In this document: piece after piece, positions 37,201-47,506 of the stretch
Layout: each line of letters starts with the position of its first letter
Position numbering within the stretch: the first letter of the stretch is position 1
Virus record (IMG/VR): IMGVR_UViG_3300043399_000877
Coordinates: 186,001 to 250,000 of that record
Direction: 5' to 3' (one strand)
DNA: 64,000 nucleotides
Position numbers and translations under genes: made by a program
Notes under the pieces: model-generated
What the model was told of the DNA's origin: nothing
Seen by the model: only the letters and a program-made list of their open reading frames with translations
The model's database searches: none

Positions 37201-40200
37201 ATCAATATTTGATAAAATTCGATAATGTTGTATCCATTAATCCTGGAGATATAGTTGGTATATTCAGTAATGATACAATATTGCAAAAACTATACAAAGT
37301 TAATGAAATTTCTTTAGACACAATATATGTAGATAGTGAAAATGATTTAACTTCAATAGATTTTGAAAGCCTAATATCAACAACGTTTGTTTTTGAGTCA
37401 AGAAGATTTGAAACTTTTGAAGACGTTAATAATTCACTTAAAAATAATCTATATTATGATAATTTAGGTAAAATTTGGATAGACTCTGACGTGAATAACA
37501 AGTGGGTAGTTCTTGAAAATATTCCCACCGGTGAGTCAGTATCTAATATAACTCCGGTGACTGGATATGCAAATTCCGGTTATGGAAAATCATTAGCTGT
37601 AAGCGCAGATAATGCTATTATGGTGGTAGGATTGCCATCCAGTAAGACGGTTGGTGCAATTTTTGTATATCGCAGAACTACTGAATCAACACCTTTTAAT
37701 TCTAAAAATAACTTAATTCAAGTAATTTCTCCAATATCGGGTATAGGTTCAACTCCTAGTTATGGTCATGCTGTTGAAATAACAGCTGATGGCAAATTTA
37801 TCTTTGTGTCAGCACCCAATGCTTCAAATGTAAAAACTTTTTATACTGGGGAAATTAATACAGAAATATCACAGGCATACAACAAAGGTGATATTGTAAG
37901 TGATAATGGCAAACTCTGGAAAGCTAAAAAGAATATATCTTATTCTAATGCAGCAGACTTCCTGGATGACTGGGAACCAACTTATGCTATAAGTCATAAT
38001 AGCGATGGTGTGTCTTCTGGACTCGACAATCAAGGCTTGGTTTTTATATATGAAAAAGATATAACTTCAAATGTTTATATATTTAAAGATGCAATAACGA
38101 GCCCCTTCCCAGATCAAAATGAGCAATTCGGTTATACAATAAAATCATCAATAGAGAATAATGTCTACACGTTGTTTGTTGGTGCGCCCGGTAGCGGAAC
38201 TGTTTATGTAATTGACAATGCCAATGGAAGTTTTGGTTATAGGACAGCAAACGCATACGTTGGTAGTTACAAAGACACTTATTACTATTCCGAAGATGAT
38301 ATAGTTTGGCACAGTGGAAACTTTTATAAAGCAATAACAAATGTTGAATTTGAAGCAACTTTTGATGCTGAAAAATGGACACTTCTTTCAAACGCGGTGG
38401 CTTATACGTCTGCAATTCCGGGCATGGTTCCTGACACTGGATTACTGGGTTCTGAAGATGTGGGTAAAGCGTTCGATGTGAGTGATGATGGCTTGGTAAT
38501 TGCTGTTGTTGGAAAAAGAAGTTTAGAAAACGGCCCCAACAATGTTGTTAGCATTTATCGTATGATAGACGGCAATTATACATACGCTCAAACTATACAA
38601 AGTTTGAATAATTACGAATCTTTTGGAACTTCAGTATCTGTATCAGCTGACGGAAACAAGGTAGCAATCGGTGCGCCCAATAACGATTCACAAGGTGTAG
38701 ATAACGGGCAGGTGTATGTTTACAGACTTGTAAACACAAATTACACATTAGAACAAACTATTGTAAGTCCTGCAAACGAATTTAACGAAATGTTTGGGCA
38801 AGTGGTTCAGTTCAACGGATTAAACCTGTTAATTGGGAGTAAAAACGGTGATACAAAAGTTGCAACAACATTTGATGAAAACAGTACTACATTTGATAAT
38901 GGATTTACAGTTTTTAGTTCAACAAATATAAACACCGGAAACATATATGTTTATGAAAATTTAAGTAATTATTTGGTTTATGCTGAAACAAAATATGCAA
39001 CAGCACTAGGCACATATGAACTTACTGGATTTGTTGCCGTAGACAATCACATATATGTAGCTTTGCCAACTTTTGGAAATACTGGAAAAATAGTTGACAT
39101 TAGATCTGATAACCAAAATGCATGGAATGAAATTGCTTCACCAGTTGACGCTGTGGATCTAAACCGTATTAAAAATGTTTATCTTTACAGTACTGAAACA
39201 AACAGCATTTTGTTAAATCTGGATTATGTTGATCCAAGACAGGGAAAAATAGCAGGTCCAGCAGACCAAGAAATAGCTTTTAAAACATATTACGATCCTG
39301 CGGTTTACAATTATACAGACGGTGAGCAAAATGTTATAGTTGATGAGGATATGGCTTGGACTTTCCAAAATGTAGGAAAACTTTGGTGGGATGTGAGTAC
39401 TTCAAAATGGTTTAACCCTTACCAGGGCGACTCACAATATCGAGTTACATACTGGAATCAACTTCTGCCAGATTCAACTGTTGATGTGTACGAGTGGGTG
39501 GAAACAACACTATTACCAAGCCAATGGGATAGTATTGCTGATACAAATGAGGGATTTGCAAGAGGTGTAAGTGGTCAGAGCCTGTATGGTGATGCAGTTT
39601 ACACTTCTCGTAAAATATTTAATGATTCAAATACTGAATATACCGACTTGTATTATTATTGGGTTAAGAACAAAAGAATACTGCCCAATACAACGTTCAG
39701 AAGCTTGACTGCTGAAGCAGTAACCAATCTTATAAGAAATCCGCAATCATTTGGATATAGATTTATTGCTTTTACTGGTACTGATCGGTTTACAATTTAT
39801 AACAGTAAATCATTGATTGATGAAAACAATGTTGTACTACATGTATCATATTACAATGACAACGCACCCATTAATTTAAATATTCATAACGAGTATCAAA
39901 TACTGAGTGAAAACCTAAGTACAAGCAGGCCATCAAACGAAGTAGAGAAAAAATGGATAGACAGTCTTGTCGGTTATGATATAAATCGCAAAACGGTACC
40001 TGATGCATCACTTCCTGTTAAAAACAAATATGGTATTTTGAATTCACCTAGACAGGGAATGTTTGTAAATCGCACATATGCATTGCAACAAACAATTGAA
40101 AGAATCAACTCTGTTTTTACAGAAAATAACATTGCAGACGGGTATGATTTGACACTGCTGTATTCCAAAGATTCTGTACCAAATGCACTATCTGGGTTGT

Positions 40201-43200
40201 ATGATGTAGTTGTTGACACTCATAGCGAATTGCGCTTTGTGAATGTTGCAAGAGTTGAACAGGCAAAGTTAACACCGATTATTGAAGATGGAAGAATAAT
40301 TGAAATACAGATAGATAATCCAGGCCGCGGCTACAAGTTCGCTCCTAATGTTTTTGTAAACGACACATACGGTCGTGGAGCAACATTTAGTGTGACTTTA
40401 GATACTCTTGGAAAAATTGCAAGTGTTGAAGTTATAAAATCTGGAGAAAATTATTCAGAAGAATCAAGTATCTATGTTCGAGAATTCTCAGTATTAGTAA
40501 ACACTGATGAAACATCCGATAACAAGTGGACGATATATGAGTGGAACGTCTTAACTCAAGAATGGAATAGATCAATTGTACAGAGTTACGATACTACACA
40601 ATATTGGTTCTTTACTGACTGGTACAGCCCAGGTTACTCAAGTGCAACAAAAATAGATTATGTTGTAGATTATCCATATCTTTTAAGCTCTATACAAGAC
40701 AAAATAGGCGACATAACCAAAGTAAACAACCTTGGATCCGGTGGTTGGGCAATACTCAAGAAAATAGACAGCAAAAATACAACAGACTACACTGTCAATT
40801 ATCAAACCATTGCTAGACAAAATGGTACTATACAATTGAGTACAAAACTTTACGATTTTGCTGCAAACCTATCCGGATTTGACGCAAACATTTATGGAAC
40901 CGCAAGTTATGACACTGAGCCAGTTGTTGAACTTAGAAAAATATTTGAATGTTTAAAGAACGACATATTTGTGGGTGATCTTGAAATTGAGTGGAATAAA
41001 TTGTTCTTCTCAAGCTTGCGTTATGTATTGAGTGAACAACCAAATGTTGATTGGGTATTCAAAACTTCGTTTGTTAAAGTAAAACACAATTTTGGTAAAT
41101 TAGATCAAAAGGTTACTTTTAAAAATAACAATTTGGATAGTTACCAAGATTATGTAAATGAGGTAAAGCCGTATAGCACTAAGATTAGAGAATTTGTAAG
41201 TTCTTACGAACAAACTGATCCTACTGGAACAGCCACATTTGACTTTGACAATCCAGCTTTTTATAATCCAGAAACTATGAAAATAGAAAATACCTATGAA
41301 GTAGTGCTTGGTGGAAAACTAGCCGGAGTTTCCGATAACACAAATAACATATGGCTTGACAACGTGGGGTATAAAGTTGTTGAGATACGAATAATAAATT
41401 CAGGAAAGGACTTTGCAGTCCCGCCAAAAGTAATGGTTGACGGCGGAACGGTTCCGGTTAAGGTTTACCTACAACGTGGAAAAATAAACTACATTGAAGT
41501 ACTGCCACATAACAAGAGATACCTAACAGCCCCAGAAGTTGTGATAGAAGTATTGGATGAAGATAACGAGTCCAAGCCAAAAGCCATTGCAATATTGGGC
41601 GATGGTTTAACAAAAACGTTCAATATAGGAATGAATTTTGATCGTATATCCAAGACTCCACTGTATCAAAGCGTAAGGGCAACTGAACAATTTTTTGGAA
41701 CAGGGACTAAAACCGAATTTGCGCTTAAATGGCCAATAAACATTGATAATAAAAAAGTAGAAGTTTTTGTTGATGGAACAGAAATTCTATTTGACGAATA
41801 TGATGTTCTAAACGTGTCTGATGACAAAAAAACATACAAACGCATGTTGGGTATGCTTGAATTTAAACAGCCTCCGGTACAAGGTAGTAAAATAATAATA
41901 AATTATGATCGCGATGTATCAATGTTTGATGCAGTTGATCGCATAACATATTTTTACAAGCCTTCAGCCGGCATGCCTGGAGAGTTAGCACAACTTATGT
42001 CAGGAATTGAATATGGCGGAGTAAATGTAACCAGTTACGGATTTGGTAACGAACAAGGGTATGGGGCCGGTGGATTTGGTACAGTGCCGTGGGACACATA
42101 CGACTTGCTTTCCGACGACCGTCAGTACACAATTAATACTAGAAGAAGAAGACTGACTCTTGAAAAACCGTTTGACCGCGGAGAAATATACAACGTATAC
42201 CTTAATAATGTTCGCGTAGATGATCCAAATTACGGAACAGTCAGACCAGTTACCAACCCCAATGCAATGCTAAAAAGTATAATTGGAAACGGAACTTCGT
42301 TGACCTATACAATACCAAATACTCTAGTATATGTGGATGGCGATACTCTTATTTTTAGAAAGAGCACAAGTGACGGAAGTTTTGCTCCGAGAGACTTTAG
42401 TTATGACAGCATAGTACAGGGCGGGACCTTCCTGCCAGGATCAGCATCTGGTCTTGCTGCAAGCGACATAACAGTAGACGGTGAAGGTTTTGTAACTCGC
42501 ACAACAAGCGAGGGACCAGAAGAACTAGTTCCTGGACAGATAACAGACACACTTGACGTTAGTGTATATCATTCACCAACCGACGGATCAGGTCTCATAA
42601 GTTCAATTATACATAAAATTTACAATGGTCAAAAGACTTTTGCAATACCGGGTGATCCGATCACAAATGAAGCTATTTTTGTAAAAATAGAAAATGAGAT
42701 ATTGGGCGACGACGAGTATACAATCAATCATAAAAACGATGCTATAGTACTTAAAAATTCATATCCAGACGGTACATTCCTGTCAATACTAACAGTTGGA
42801 CCGAGCGGTAAAAACATTTATGAATATAACAAATTTGTTATAAGAAATAGAGTTTACAAATATCAACTTCCAGTAGTTTATCCATCAAACGCAGTGGTTG
42901 TATTGTCTCTAAATGGCGAGTTTTTGAGACAAAATGTTGATTACTCGGTAGCAGTGTCATCATCCGGAAAATTAGAAATAATATTCCCAACTGATAAGGT
43001 GATTGCAAACGATGTGGTAAATTATATAATATTTGCAGATACCGTAAACAATTTCAGTAGAGTTTCAATAGACAACACATTTATACCAGATGGTATAAAA
43101 ACTGTACATAAATTTGACGGTATGAAAAACCCTGTACCATTTAATACAAAACCGCTGGCACATAAAGTTTTAGTAAAAGTTGATGATACGATTCTAAATG

Positions 43201-44798
43201 CTGGATATTCGAAAAAGTTTGTAATACAACCAGGAGCAACATATAAAGTTGATACTTGGGCAATTGAATCTTCTGTAACTATAACAGAGTCAACTATAGT
43301 TGTTTTCCTTGATGGTCAAGAATTACCAAAATCTAGATACAATTGGAATCCATCCACAAAGTCTATAGAATTAATAGAACCAGAAAAATTCACAACTGGG
43401 TCAGAATTAGAAGTTACTGCTATAGACAATGCAGATTATTACTTTGTGGATACAGTAGTTGACGTTTTTGACATTTATAATGATCCACTCAATATGGAAC
43501 AAATATTGTCAGGTCGCAATAGTTTTGTTCTTACAGCCTTTGATGGAACAACCTATAACATAAACAAATTTACAGTTTCTAAAAATACAATAACTATGGA
43601 TTCATATTTAAATAATTTACCAGAGATTGTTTTACAAAACCCGCTTATGGGTATTGTTGTGCCTCCGCTAATTTATACTGTAAATATCAGAAATATACGT
43701 TACGTTGCTTCGTCTACTATGACGTTCGATCAGCCACCACCAGTGGGATCAAAGGTTGAAATATATCAGTTTAGTAACCATGATATAAACAACTTTGAAA
43801 GAGTGTCTTATGATCTTCTGGAAAGAAACAGTTTGATTTTAGATCCAAATGACGAAACTCAAAGAAACCTAGTGTCAAGTGGATTTATTAACCTGCGTTC
43901 GCCAGTTTATGGCACAAATTATGCATGGGTTATAAAAAATGGAAAACTGTTAACTCCTAATGCTGATTATGTTATTACACTTGACAAAGCTGCAATCGAA
44001 ATGAAAACACAGTTAATTACTGGTGATCATATTGAAGTTTTGACTTTTAACTCGGTTCCGAGCTTAAAGCGTTACGGATTCCGCATATTTAAGGACATGC
44101 TTGATAGATTCTCATATAAGAGAATCAATCAAAATAAAGTTTTTAGACTTGCAAAGCCTTTGAATTTTTATGACAAAAACATAACGCTTGTGTCTGCGGA
44201 AGGACTTTTTGTACCAAATCGAATAAACAACGTGCCGGGCATATTGTTTATTGGTAGTGAACGTATAGAATACTTTGAAATAAATGGAAATGTTATTTCA
44301 GATATACGCCGAGGCACTCTTGGTACCGGTGTGAGTGAACAATACGCAGTTGGGGCATTGGCATATGATCAAAACACTTACGAAAACGTAAAATATGCTG
44401 ACGAGTTTGTAACACAAACGTTCACATCAGACGGGATACAAACAAGATTTACTCTAGACTTTGCTTTAACTGAATGGATGCAAAGATTTGGATTAAGCGA
44501 AAATGACCTAAAAGACATGTTCGATGTCAAAGTAGCAGGCCGCCGTTTGGAAAAGAATTCAACTAAAAAGTATAACCCAAATATTGAGTTGGATAGCCCA
44601 GAAGCTGATCAGACAGTGCAGTCCGAGTACTACATAGACGTGAACAATAACCAACTTGTGTTGAGAAAAGTACCAGTTAACGGAGTTAAAATTGTAATAA
44701 TGAGAAAACTCGGAAAAATATGGAATGATTATGGTAAGTCTCTTGCTGATAGTTTAACTGATGTGTCGGCTTTCTTGCTAGATACAAGTGGGCAATAA
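31230..44798 (+). CDS. Giant (4522 aa) baseplate/structural protein with FG-GAP propeller and CBM5/12-like repeats
   Basis: Single uninterrupted ORF directly after gp6 (the gp7 position); DF.KF.NFREYYW motif; FG-GAP-like repeats around 37570-39100; 'Y..GD.V.Y.G..Y.A' repeats. Confidence 0.85.
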   Translation: MSTFKQNESALPVPGTNEKKSEYLLPKFFRTDTNKKFLGSTVDQLISSGSVEKINAFVGRRTAKSKDITKVENYLPDVTPDRENYQFEPSLIEVDELDNVTYYKDYIDYVGQLKNFKSQAANHSKMNSQEFYVWNPNIDFDKFTNFREYYWLPNGPLSIPVYGKSREIESTYTVKTERDDDNVAYVFSPNGFTRNPTLTLYRGETYYFEINAKGYGMAFAINRTFLDLDPVKVNDRGQNVSALYTKGVDSSEDYVEKGTIKFKVPDDAPDTLFYVSETDINVSGVINIKNIEENTFIDVDNEIVGKKTYNSTQGIAFSNGMKVSFLGDVTPEKYNTGNWYVEGVGDAIRLVSEIDLDIPAQFTEVKNTPFDGVEFDTFPLENSSGFPSEKDYIVINRASADGNPWSRYNRWFHQDVILQSAKINNQSIALDQDARAKRPIIEFEAGLRLFNHGTQVKGIVDLVDNFTRDVFSTVEGSLGYYVDNTPLSDGMRVLFTADTDPRVRGRIYQVKFIVHNAKTIITLIPTDDSEPAVDQVVVVRMGEKFAGSTFYYSGSNWRQSQKKTKINQHPLFDLYDSNGVSFANKSVYPASNFVGNRIFGYKIGSSVVDAELGFSLTYQNIANIGDIVFEFDLLKKSFIYQKDNTNFEITTDTGFVRKYNYLGNRFEYVSGWVKSDEPSKQYVIRQYTASGLNESFKIDVYKDSASLNDLDVKVFVNNNFKFITKDYTLVKIFSDLYVKFNYSLEENDNVVIKCHSSANKTANGYYEIPLNFEKNPLNENITDFTLGQVNDHVSSIIEDLTAFSGTFPGSGNLRDLGNYKVFGKKFLQHSGPVNLALFNVTNQTANAVKAIRKSKKDYALFKKQFLKAAYDSPFTGGAREHVDYIFSVLNADKTESMPYFSSDMVPYTGNRFVEYNVIDAGSVYYALPEVFSLDNLCTRAVLVYINENQLIHDIDYIFDADGFVKINKPLAIGDVIQISYYENTNGSFVPQTPTKLGLYPKFVPEIYVDDTYLEPKTLIRGHDGSVTLAYGDYRDELILELEKRIYNNIKVKYDPNILDVREFVGGSFRNTGFSSKEIDDILITDFSQWISSLGPVDYNTNTAWDVSNPFTYNYKNAQTVTDATISGSWRKIFMDLYDTDRPHTHPWEMLGFYNKPSWWETVYGPAPYTSNNLILWNDIEQGVIREPNKSVIKNSKYTRFGIKSYLPVDENGNLLSPYENNYISQISVYETNKPFVFGDWSPAETAWRKSSEYPFAIITAWMVLQPPKVFGLGFDRANIVRDISGSLVYRHTQKRIKLSDILFPQKTDTVCKITGNLLSKSLTAGLVNYISEYLTDETARYDEYCSRYKKLQNNLAFRLGGFAEKSKLKLVLDSRSPLNKGNVFVPDENYKIILNKSSALETVTYSGVIIEKLSQGFRISGYDVDSPYFEFNQPTVTQTDASVVIGGVSESFVEWNENNTYALGTVVRYNGSYYRAKISHTSGASFDASKFAQLPDLPLVGGRRILIRKLFDQNTSIMMYGTILTDIQHVVDFLLGYQNRLKNIGFKFEYVNPNTQALEDWLLAAKEFVFWTTQNWDAGSVITLSPSANKLIFEKPYFVVDNIYDRFYNYKILKSDGTPLSQDLINTVRSSSNEFSLVTKTTTEDGIYFVKLPLVQKEHVVLVDNRTVFNDVIYDTAPGYRQERLLVVGYRTDNWNGSLNIPGFVYDQAFVRQWTPWQDYQVGDLVKYKEFYYSCNQHHAGLELFNDDFWNILPEKPTTALLPNWDYKAGQITQFYSLEVENFDTEQQRLAQHLIGYQKRQYLENIINDEVSQYKFYQGFIQDKGTKNALEKLFNALGNSEKDSLEFYEEWAIRVGQYGAVDTFKEVEFKLDERKYRLEPQTVELVGIEDPDRTDLIYQLPKSEVYLAPVDYNNNPFPPMYVNKTYTKNSGYVNPTDVQFTVTTYDNILSLDINQIKVDDYVWVLNQNQSWDILKVVNTDYKIIQITSENNQYLIKFDNVVSINPGDIVGIFSNDTILQKLYKVNEISLDTIYVDSENDLTSIDFESLISTTFVFESRRFETFEDVNNSLKNNLYYDNLGKIWIDSDVNNKWVVLENIPTGESVSNITPVTGYANSGYGKSLAVSADNAIMVVGLPSSKTVGAIFVYRRTTESTPFNSKNNLIQVISPISGIGSTPSYGHAVEITADGKFIFVSAPNASNVKTFYTGEINTEISQAYNKGDIVSDNGKLWKAKKNISYSNAADFLDDWEPTYAISHNSDGVSSGLDNQGLVFIYEKDITSNVYIFKDAITSPFPDQNEQFGYTIKSSIENNVYTLFVGAPGSGTVYVIDNANGSFGYRTANAYVGSYKDTYYYSEDDIVWHSGNFYKAITNVEFEATFDAEKWTLLSNAVAYTSAIPGMVPDTGLLGSEDVGKAFDVSDDGLVIAVVGKRSLENGPNNVVSIYRMIDGNYTYAQTIQSLNNYESFGTSVSVSADGNKVAIGAPNNDSQGVDNGQVYVYRLVNTNYTLEQTIVSPANEFNEMFGQVVQFNGLNLLIGSKNGDTKVATTFDENSTTFDNGFTVFSSTNINTGNIYVYENLSNYLVYAETKYATALGTYELTGFVAVDNHIYVALPTFGNTGKIVDIRSDNQNAWNEIASPVDAVDLNRIKNVYLYSTETNSILLNLDYVDPRQGKIAGPADQEIAFKTYYDPAVYNYTDGEQNVIVDEDMAWTFQNVGKLWWDVSTSKWFNPYQGDSQYRVTYWNQLLPDSTVDVYEWVETTLLPSQWDSIADTNEGFARGVSGQSLYGDAVYTSRKIFNDSNTEYTDLYYYWVKNKRILPNTTFRSLTAEAVTNLIRNPQSFGYRFIAFTGTDRFTIYNSKSLIDENNVVLHVSYYNDNAPINLNIHNEYQILSENLSTSRPSNEVEKKWIDSLVGYDINRKTVPDASLPVKNKYGILNSPRQGMFVNRTYALQQTIERINSVFTENNIADGYDLTLLYSKDSVPNALSGLYDVVVDTHSELRFVNVARVEQAKLTPIIEDGRIIEIQIDNPGRGYKFAPNVFVNDTYGRGATFSVTLDTLGKIASVEVIKSGENYSEESSIYVREFSVLVNTDETSDNKWTIYEWNVLTQEWNRSIVQSYDTTQYWFFTDWYSPGYSSATKIDYVVDYPYLLSSIQDKIGDITKVNNLGSGGWAILKKIDSKNTTDYTVNYQTIARQNGTIQLSTKLYDFAANLSGFDANIYGTASYDTEPVVELRKIFECLKNDIFVGDLEIEWNKLFFSSLRYVLSEQPNVDWVFKTSFVKVKHNFGKLDQKVTFKNNNLDSYQDYVNEVKPYSTKIREFVSSYEQTDPTGTATFDFDNPAFYNPETMKIENTYEVVLGGKLAGVSDNTNNIWLDNVGYKVVEIRIINSGKDFAVPPKVMVDGGTVPVKVYLQRGKINYIEVLPHNKRYLTAPEVVIEVLDEDNESKPKAIAILGDGLTKTFNIGMNFDRISKTPLYQSVRATEQFFGTGTKTEFALKWPINIDNKKVEVFVDGTEILFDEYDVLNVSDDKKTYKRMLGMLEFKQPPVQGSKIIINYDRDVSMFDAVDRITYFYKPSAGMPGELAQLMSGIEYGGVNVTSYGFGNEQGYGAGGFGTVPWDTYDLLSDDRQYTINTRRRRLTLEKPFDRGEIYNVYLNNVRVDDPNYGTVRPVTNPNAMLKSIIGNGTSLTYTIPNTLVYVDGDTLIFRKSTSDGSFAPRDFSYDSIVQGGTFLPGSASGLAASDITVDGEGFVTRTTSEGPEELVPGQITDTLDVSVYHSPTDGSGLISSIIHKIYNGQKTFAIPGDPITNEAIFVKIENEILGDDEYTINHKNDAIVLKNSYPDGTFLSILTVGPSGKNIYEYNKFVIRNRVYKYQLPVVYPSNAVVVLSLNGEFLRQNVDYSVAVSSSGKLEIIFPTDKVIANDVVNYIIFADTVNNFSRVSIDNTFIPDGIKTVHKFDGMKNPVPFNTKPLAHKVLVKVDDTILNAGYSKKFVIQPGATYKVDTWAIESSVTITESTIVVFLDGQELPKSRYNWNPSTKSIELIEPEKFTTGSELEVTAIDNADYYFVDTVVDVFDIYNDPLNMEQILSGRNSFVLTAFDGTTYNINKFTVSKNTITMDSYLNNLPEIVLQNPLMGIVVPPLIYTVNIRNIRYVASSTMTFDQPPPVGSKVEIYQFSNHDINNFERVSYDLLERNSLILDPNDETQRNLVSSGFINLRSPVYGTNYAWVIKNGKLLTPNADYVITLDKAAIEMKTQLITGDHIEVLTFNSVPSLKRYGFRIFKDMLDRFSYKRINQNKVFRLAKPLNFYDKNITLVSAEGLFVPNRINNVPGILFIGSERIEYFEINGNVISDIRRGTLGTGVSEQYAVGALAYDQNTYENVKYADEFVTQTFTSDGIQTRFTLDFALTEWMQRFGLSENDLKDMFDVKVAGRRLEKNSTKKYNPNIELDSPEADQTVQSEYYIDVNNNQLVLRKVPVNGVKIVIMRKLGKIWNDYGKSLADSLTDVSAFLLDTSGQ

Positions 44799-44813
44799 AC
44801 TAATAAATAATGT

Positions 44814-45440
44814 ATGGGGAATAAAATGACATCAGGTATAAACGAAACTAGCGGAATACACGTTGAAGGGCACTTAAAAATATTTTGTCCAGAAACATCT
44901 CAAGTGTTTGTTAACAAAAGAAATGCAATACACTTTGAAAATATGAGTTATGCCTTGGCCCAAAGTTTGGCAAATGTTGGGCAAGGGTACATACAAGAAA
45001 TGGTTTTAGGAAACGGTGGGACTAGTATTGACCCAACCGGAATTATAACTTACTTGACACCCAATGTTTCTGGAACAAATGCAAGTTTGTACAATCAAAC
45101 TTACTCAAAGGTTGTAAATCCTCGGAGTTCGTCAAACTCTGATCCTACAAGAAACAAAACAGAAATACGCCATGTTACTGGTACAACATATACTGATATA
45201 TTGATATCTTGCTTATTAGACTACGGCGAGCCTGATGGTCAAGCAGCATATGATAATGTCAGTGACATGGAGCAATCATTTGTATTTGATGAAATAGGAT
45301 TGAGAAGTTTTAGTTCTTCTGGAACTGGCCGTTTGCTTACACATGTAATATTCCACCCCGTACAAAAGAGTTTAAATCGTTTGATACAAATAGATTACAC
45401 TATACGGGTCCAGAGCCTAAGTGGATTTAACGAGGTATAA
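44814..45440 (+). CDS. Baseplate-associated structural protein
   Basis: G.LKIF......V..RNAIHFENMS, FDEIGL and THVIFHPVQKSLNR.IQIDYT motifs; late TAAATA at 44804-44809; the real start may be the second ATG at 44826. Confidence 0.7.
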   Translation: MGNKMTSGINETSGIHVEGHLKIFCPETSQVFVNKRNAIHFENMSYALAQSLANVGQGYIQEMVLGNGGTSIDPTGIITYLTPNVSGTNASLYNQTYSKVVNPRSSSNSDPTRNKTEIRHVTGTTYTDILISCLLDYGEPDGQAAYDNVSDMEQSFVFDEIGLRSFSSSGTGRLLTHVIFHPVQKSLNRLIQIDYTIRVQSLSGFNEV

Positions 45441-45442
45441 CA

Positions 45443-47506
45443 ATGTCATACACAATAAATTTTACCGACAGTGTTAACAAAGGATCCATTGTTGTTGAAG
45501 ATGGAACAATAAACGTTGAAACCAGCTTGAGACTTCCTGGAAAGGATACAACCAGTTATGGACCATCAATATTAGAAAATTTTCTTCATATTTTAGAAAA
45601 TTTTGCAAACAACCAAAGTCCATCGAATCCAGTCGAAGGACAATTGTGGTATGACACATCTATCGGTGTTGATCAATTAAAAATATATAATGGCACAAAC
45701 TGGATAAGTGCCAGCGGCGTAAAAAAAGGTATAAGCCAGCCAGCAGTTGCGCAAAGTAGCACAGGCGATCTTTGGGTCAACACAACAACACAACAGGTTT
45801 TTGTGTTTTCTGGAGCAGCTTGGGTGTTGGTCGGACCGGAATTTTCTGATGGAACTGTTTCTGGAACGCGATATCAAACAATCATCTCCAGTGATAACAC
45901 AGAAGTTCCGGTAATTGTGTCTTATATACAAGACATTCCGGTTATGATTTTAAGTAAAAATGATTTTATACCTAAGCAAGTCATACCGGGATTTTCTAGA
46001 ATATATCCAGGAACAAACTTAAATCAAAACATATACGCAAAATATCGGGGAGTCGCTGAAAGCGCCGAACGATTAGTATACGGGTCAACATCTTTTTCAG
46101 CAGACACGGTTGTACGTAAAGATATTGAAAACACGTTATCAAAACCTTTAAGAATTAGAAATAATTCCGGATTGGATGTCGGTGAAACACAGACACTCAC
46201 TCTCACTGTTGAAGGAACATCCAGTGTTATAACCCATAGAGCAACTGGGTCGTCATTAGATTTCAGAATAAACGACACTGGCGGAATAACAAACGTAGTA
46301 AGAATTAAATCTGGTGTATCTGCACCGGTAGTTGGAATAAACAACCTTAGCCCAACTGAAGCCTTGGATGTGGTGGGAAATATAAAGTCATCTGGTAGAC
46401 TATTTTTAAGTGGCAATGCCGGCAGTAGTTCTATAAGTTCTGGTACACTCGTAGTAACCGGTGGTGTTGGTATCAGCCAGAATATGTTTGTTGGCGGTGT
46501 TCTAGATGTAAACGGTACAACATCAAAGATAAAAAACATAGAACCGAAAACATCTGGTACATTTAACATTGGGTCAGAAGTTGCAAAGTTTAACAACATT
46601 TATGCAAATAAGTTTGTTGGATCCTTTGAGGGTAACATAACCGGTAACATTGAAGGAACTTCATCTGTTGCTACCAAACTGGCAACAGTTACTACGTTTA
46701 GCCTAACCGGTGATGTTGTATCAGACAGTGTAACTTTTGACGGACAAGCTGGTGGCACTGTAAAAGTATTCAATACTGAAATAAGCACTGGATTTATAGA
46801 AAATAAACCGCTTGAATCGCAAAATATATATCCTGGAGACGAAATTCTTATAAATCGCCCAACTGTTGGGTTGTTTAGGGTACCACAATCAAAGTTAGTA
46901 TCAACTGTTCCAGTAACACCGTACGGTACAATTGTTGCCTTTGCTGGTAGAATAGCACCACCGGGTTGGGAGTTGTGTGACGGTCGAGAAATATTTTTTG
47001 CAGGACAAGCACCGGTGGGAATAGATTACGAACCTTCAGATTATGCTCCGTTTGTTGCAGCAATGGGATATGATTCAACAGATACTGCAAACTGGGGTTG
47101 GGGAATAACAGCCACACCGTCAGCATCTATATTTTTACCAGATTTGCGAGGAAGATTCCTACTAGGACATCTTGCAACAGCACAGACATTACTTAATGAT
47201 CGTGTCACCGACACTACTGCAACAAAAATTGGAAATTACGGCGGTAAACAAAAAACAAAAATAACCACAAATCAGTTACCAAATCACTCACATAGCCTAG
47301 TTAGTAATAACGGAACGCAGTTTTATGCAGTATCAGGTACAACCACCACTGATACTGACGTAGTTGCGTATAACGGCGTGGGGACTGGCACTGGGTCAGC
47401 GTTAACAAGAACACGAGGCGTAAACGGTACTACTGGTGATGATTTTAGCTTAGTAAATCCTTACGCAACAGTCAATTACATAATTTATACTGGAGTTATA
47501 AGATAA
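45443..47506 (+). CDS. Tail fibre protein with tail-collar domain
   Basis: PYGTIVAFAG..APPGWELCDG and PDLRGRF collar motifs; C-terminal NPY..VNYII.TG. Confidence 0.85.
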   Translation: MSYTINFTDSVNKGSIVVEDGTINVETSLRLPGKDTTSYGPSILENFLHILENFANNQSPSNPVEGQLWYDTSIGVDQLKIYNGTNWISASGVKKGISQPAVAQSSTGDLWVNTTTQQVFVFSGAAWVLVGPEFSDGTVSGTRYQTIISSDNTEVPVIVSYIQDIPVMILSKNDFIPKQVIPGFSRIYPGTNLNQNIYAKYRGVAESAERLVYGSTSFSADTVVRKDIENTLSKPLRIRNNSGLDVGETQTLTLTVEGTSSVITHRATGSSLDFRINDTGGITNVVRIKSGVSAPVVGINNLSPTEALDVVGNIKSSGRLFLSGNAGSSSISSGTLVVTGGVGISQNMFVGGVLDVNGTTSKIKNIEPKTSGTFNIGSEVAKFNNIYANKFVGSFEGNITGNIEGTSSVATKLATVTTFSLTGDVVSDSVTFDGQAGGTVKVFNTEISTGFIENKPLESQNIYPGDEILINRPTVGLFRVPQSKLVSTVPVTPYGTIVAFAGRIAPPGWELCDGREIFFAGQAPVGIDYEPSDYAPFVAAMGYDSTDTANWGWGITATPSASIFLPDLRGRFLLGHLATAQTLLNDRVTDTTATKIGNYGGKQKTKITTNQLPNHSHSLVSNNGTQFYAVSGTTTTDTDVVAYNGVGTGTGSALTRTRGVNGTTGDDFSLVNPYATVNYIIYTGVIR

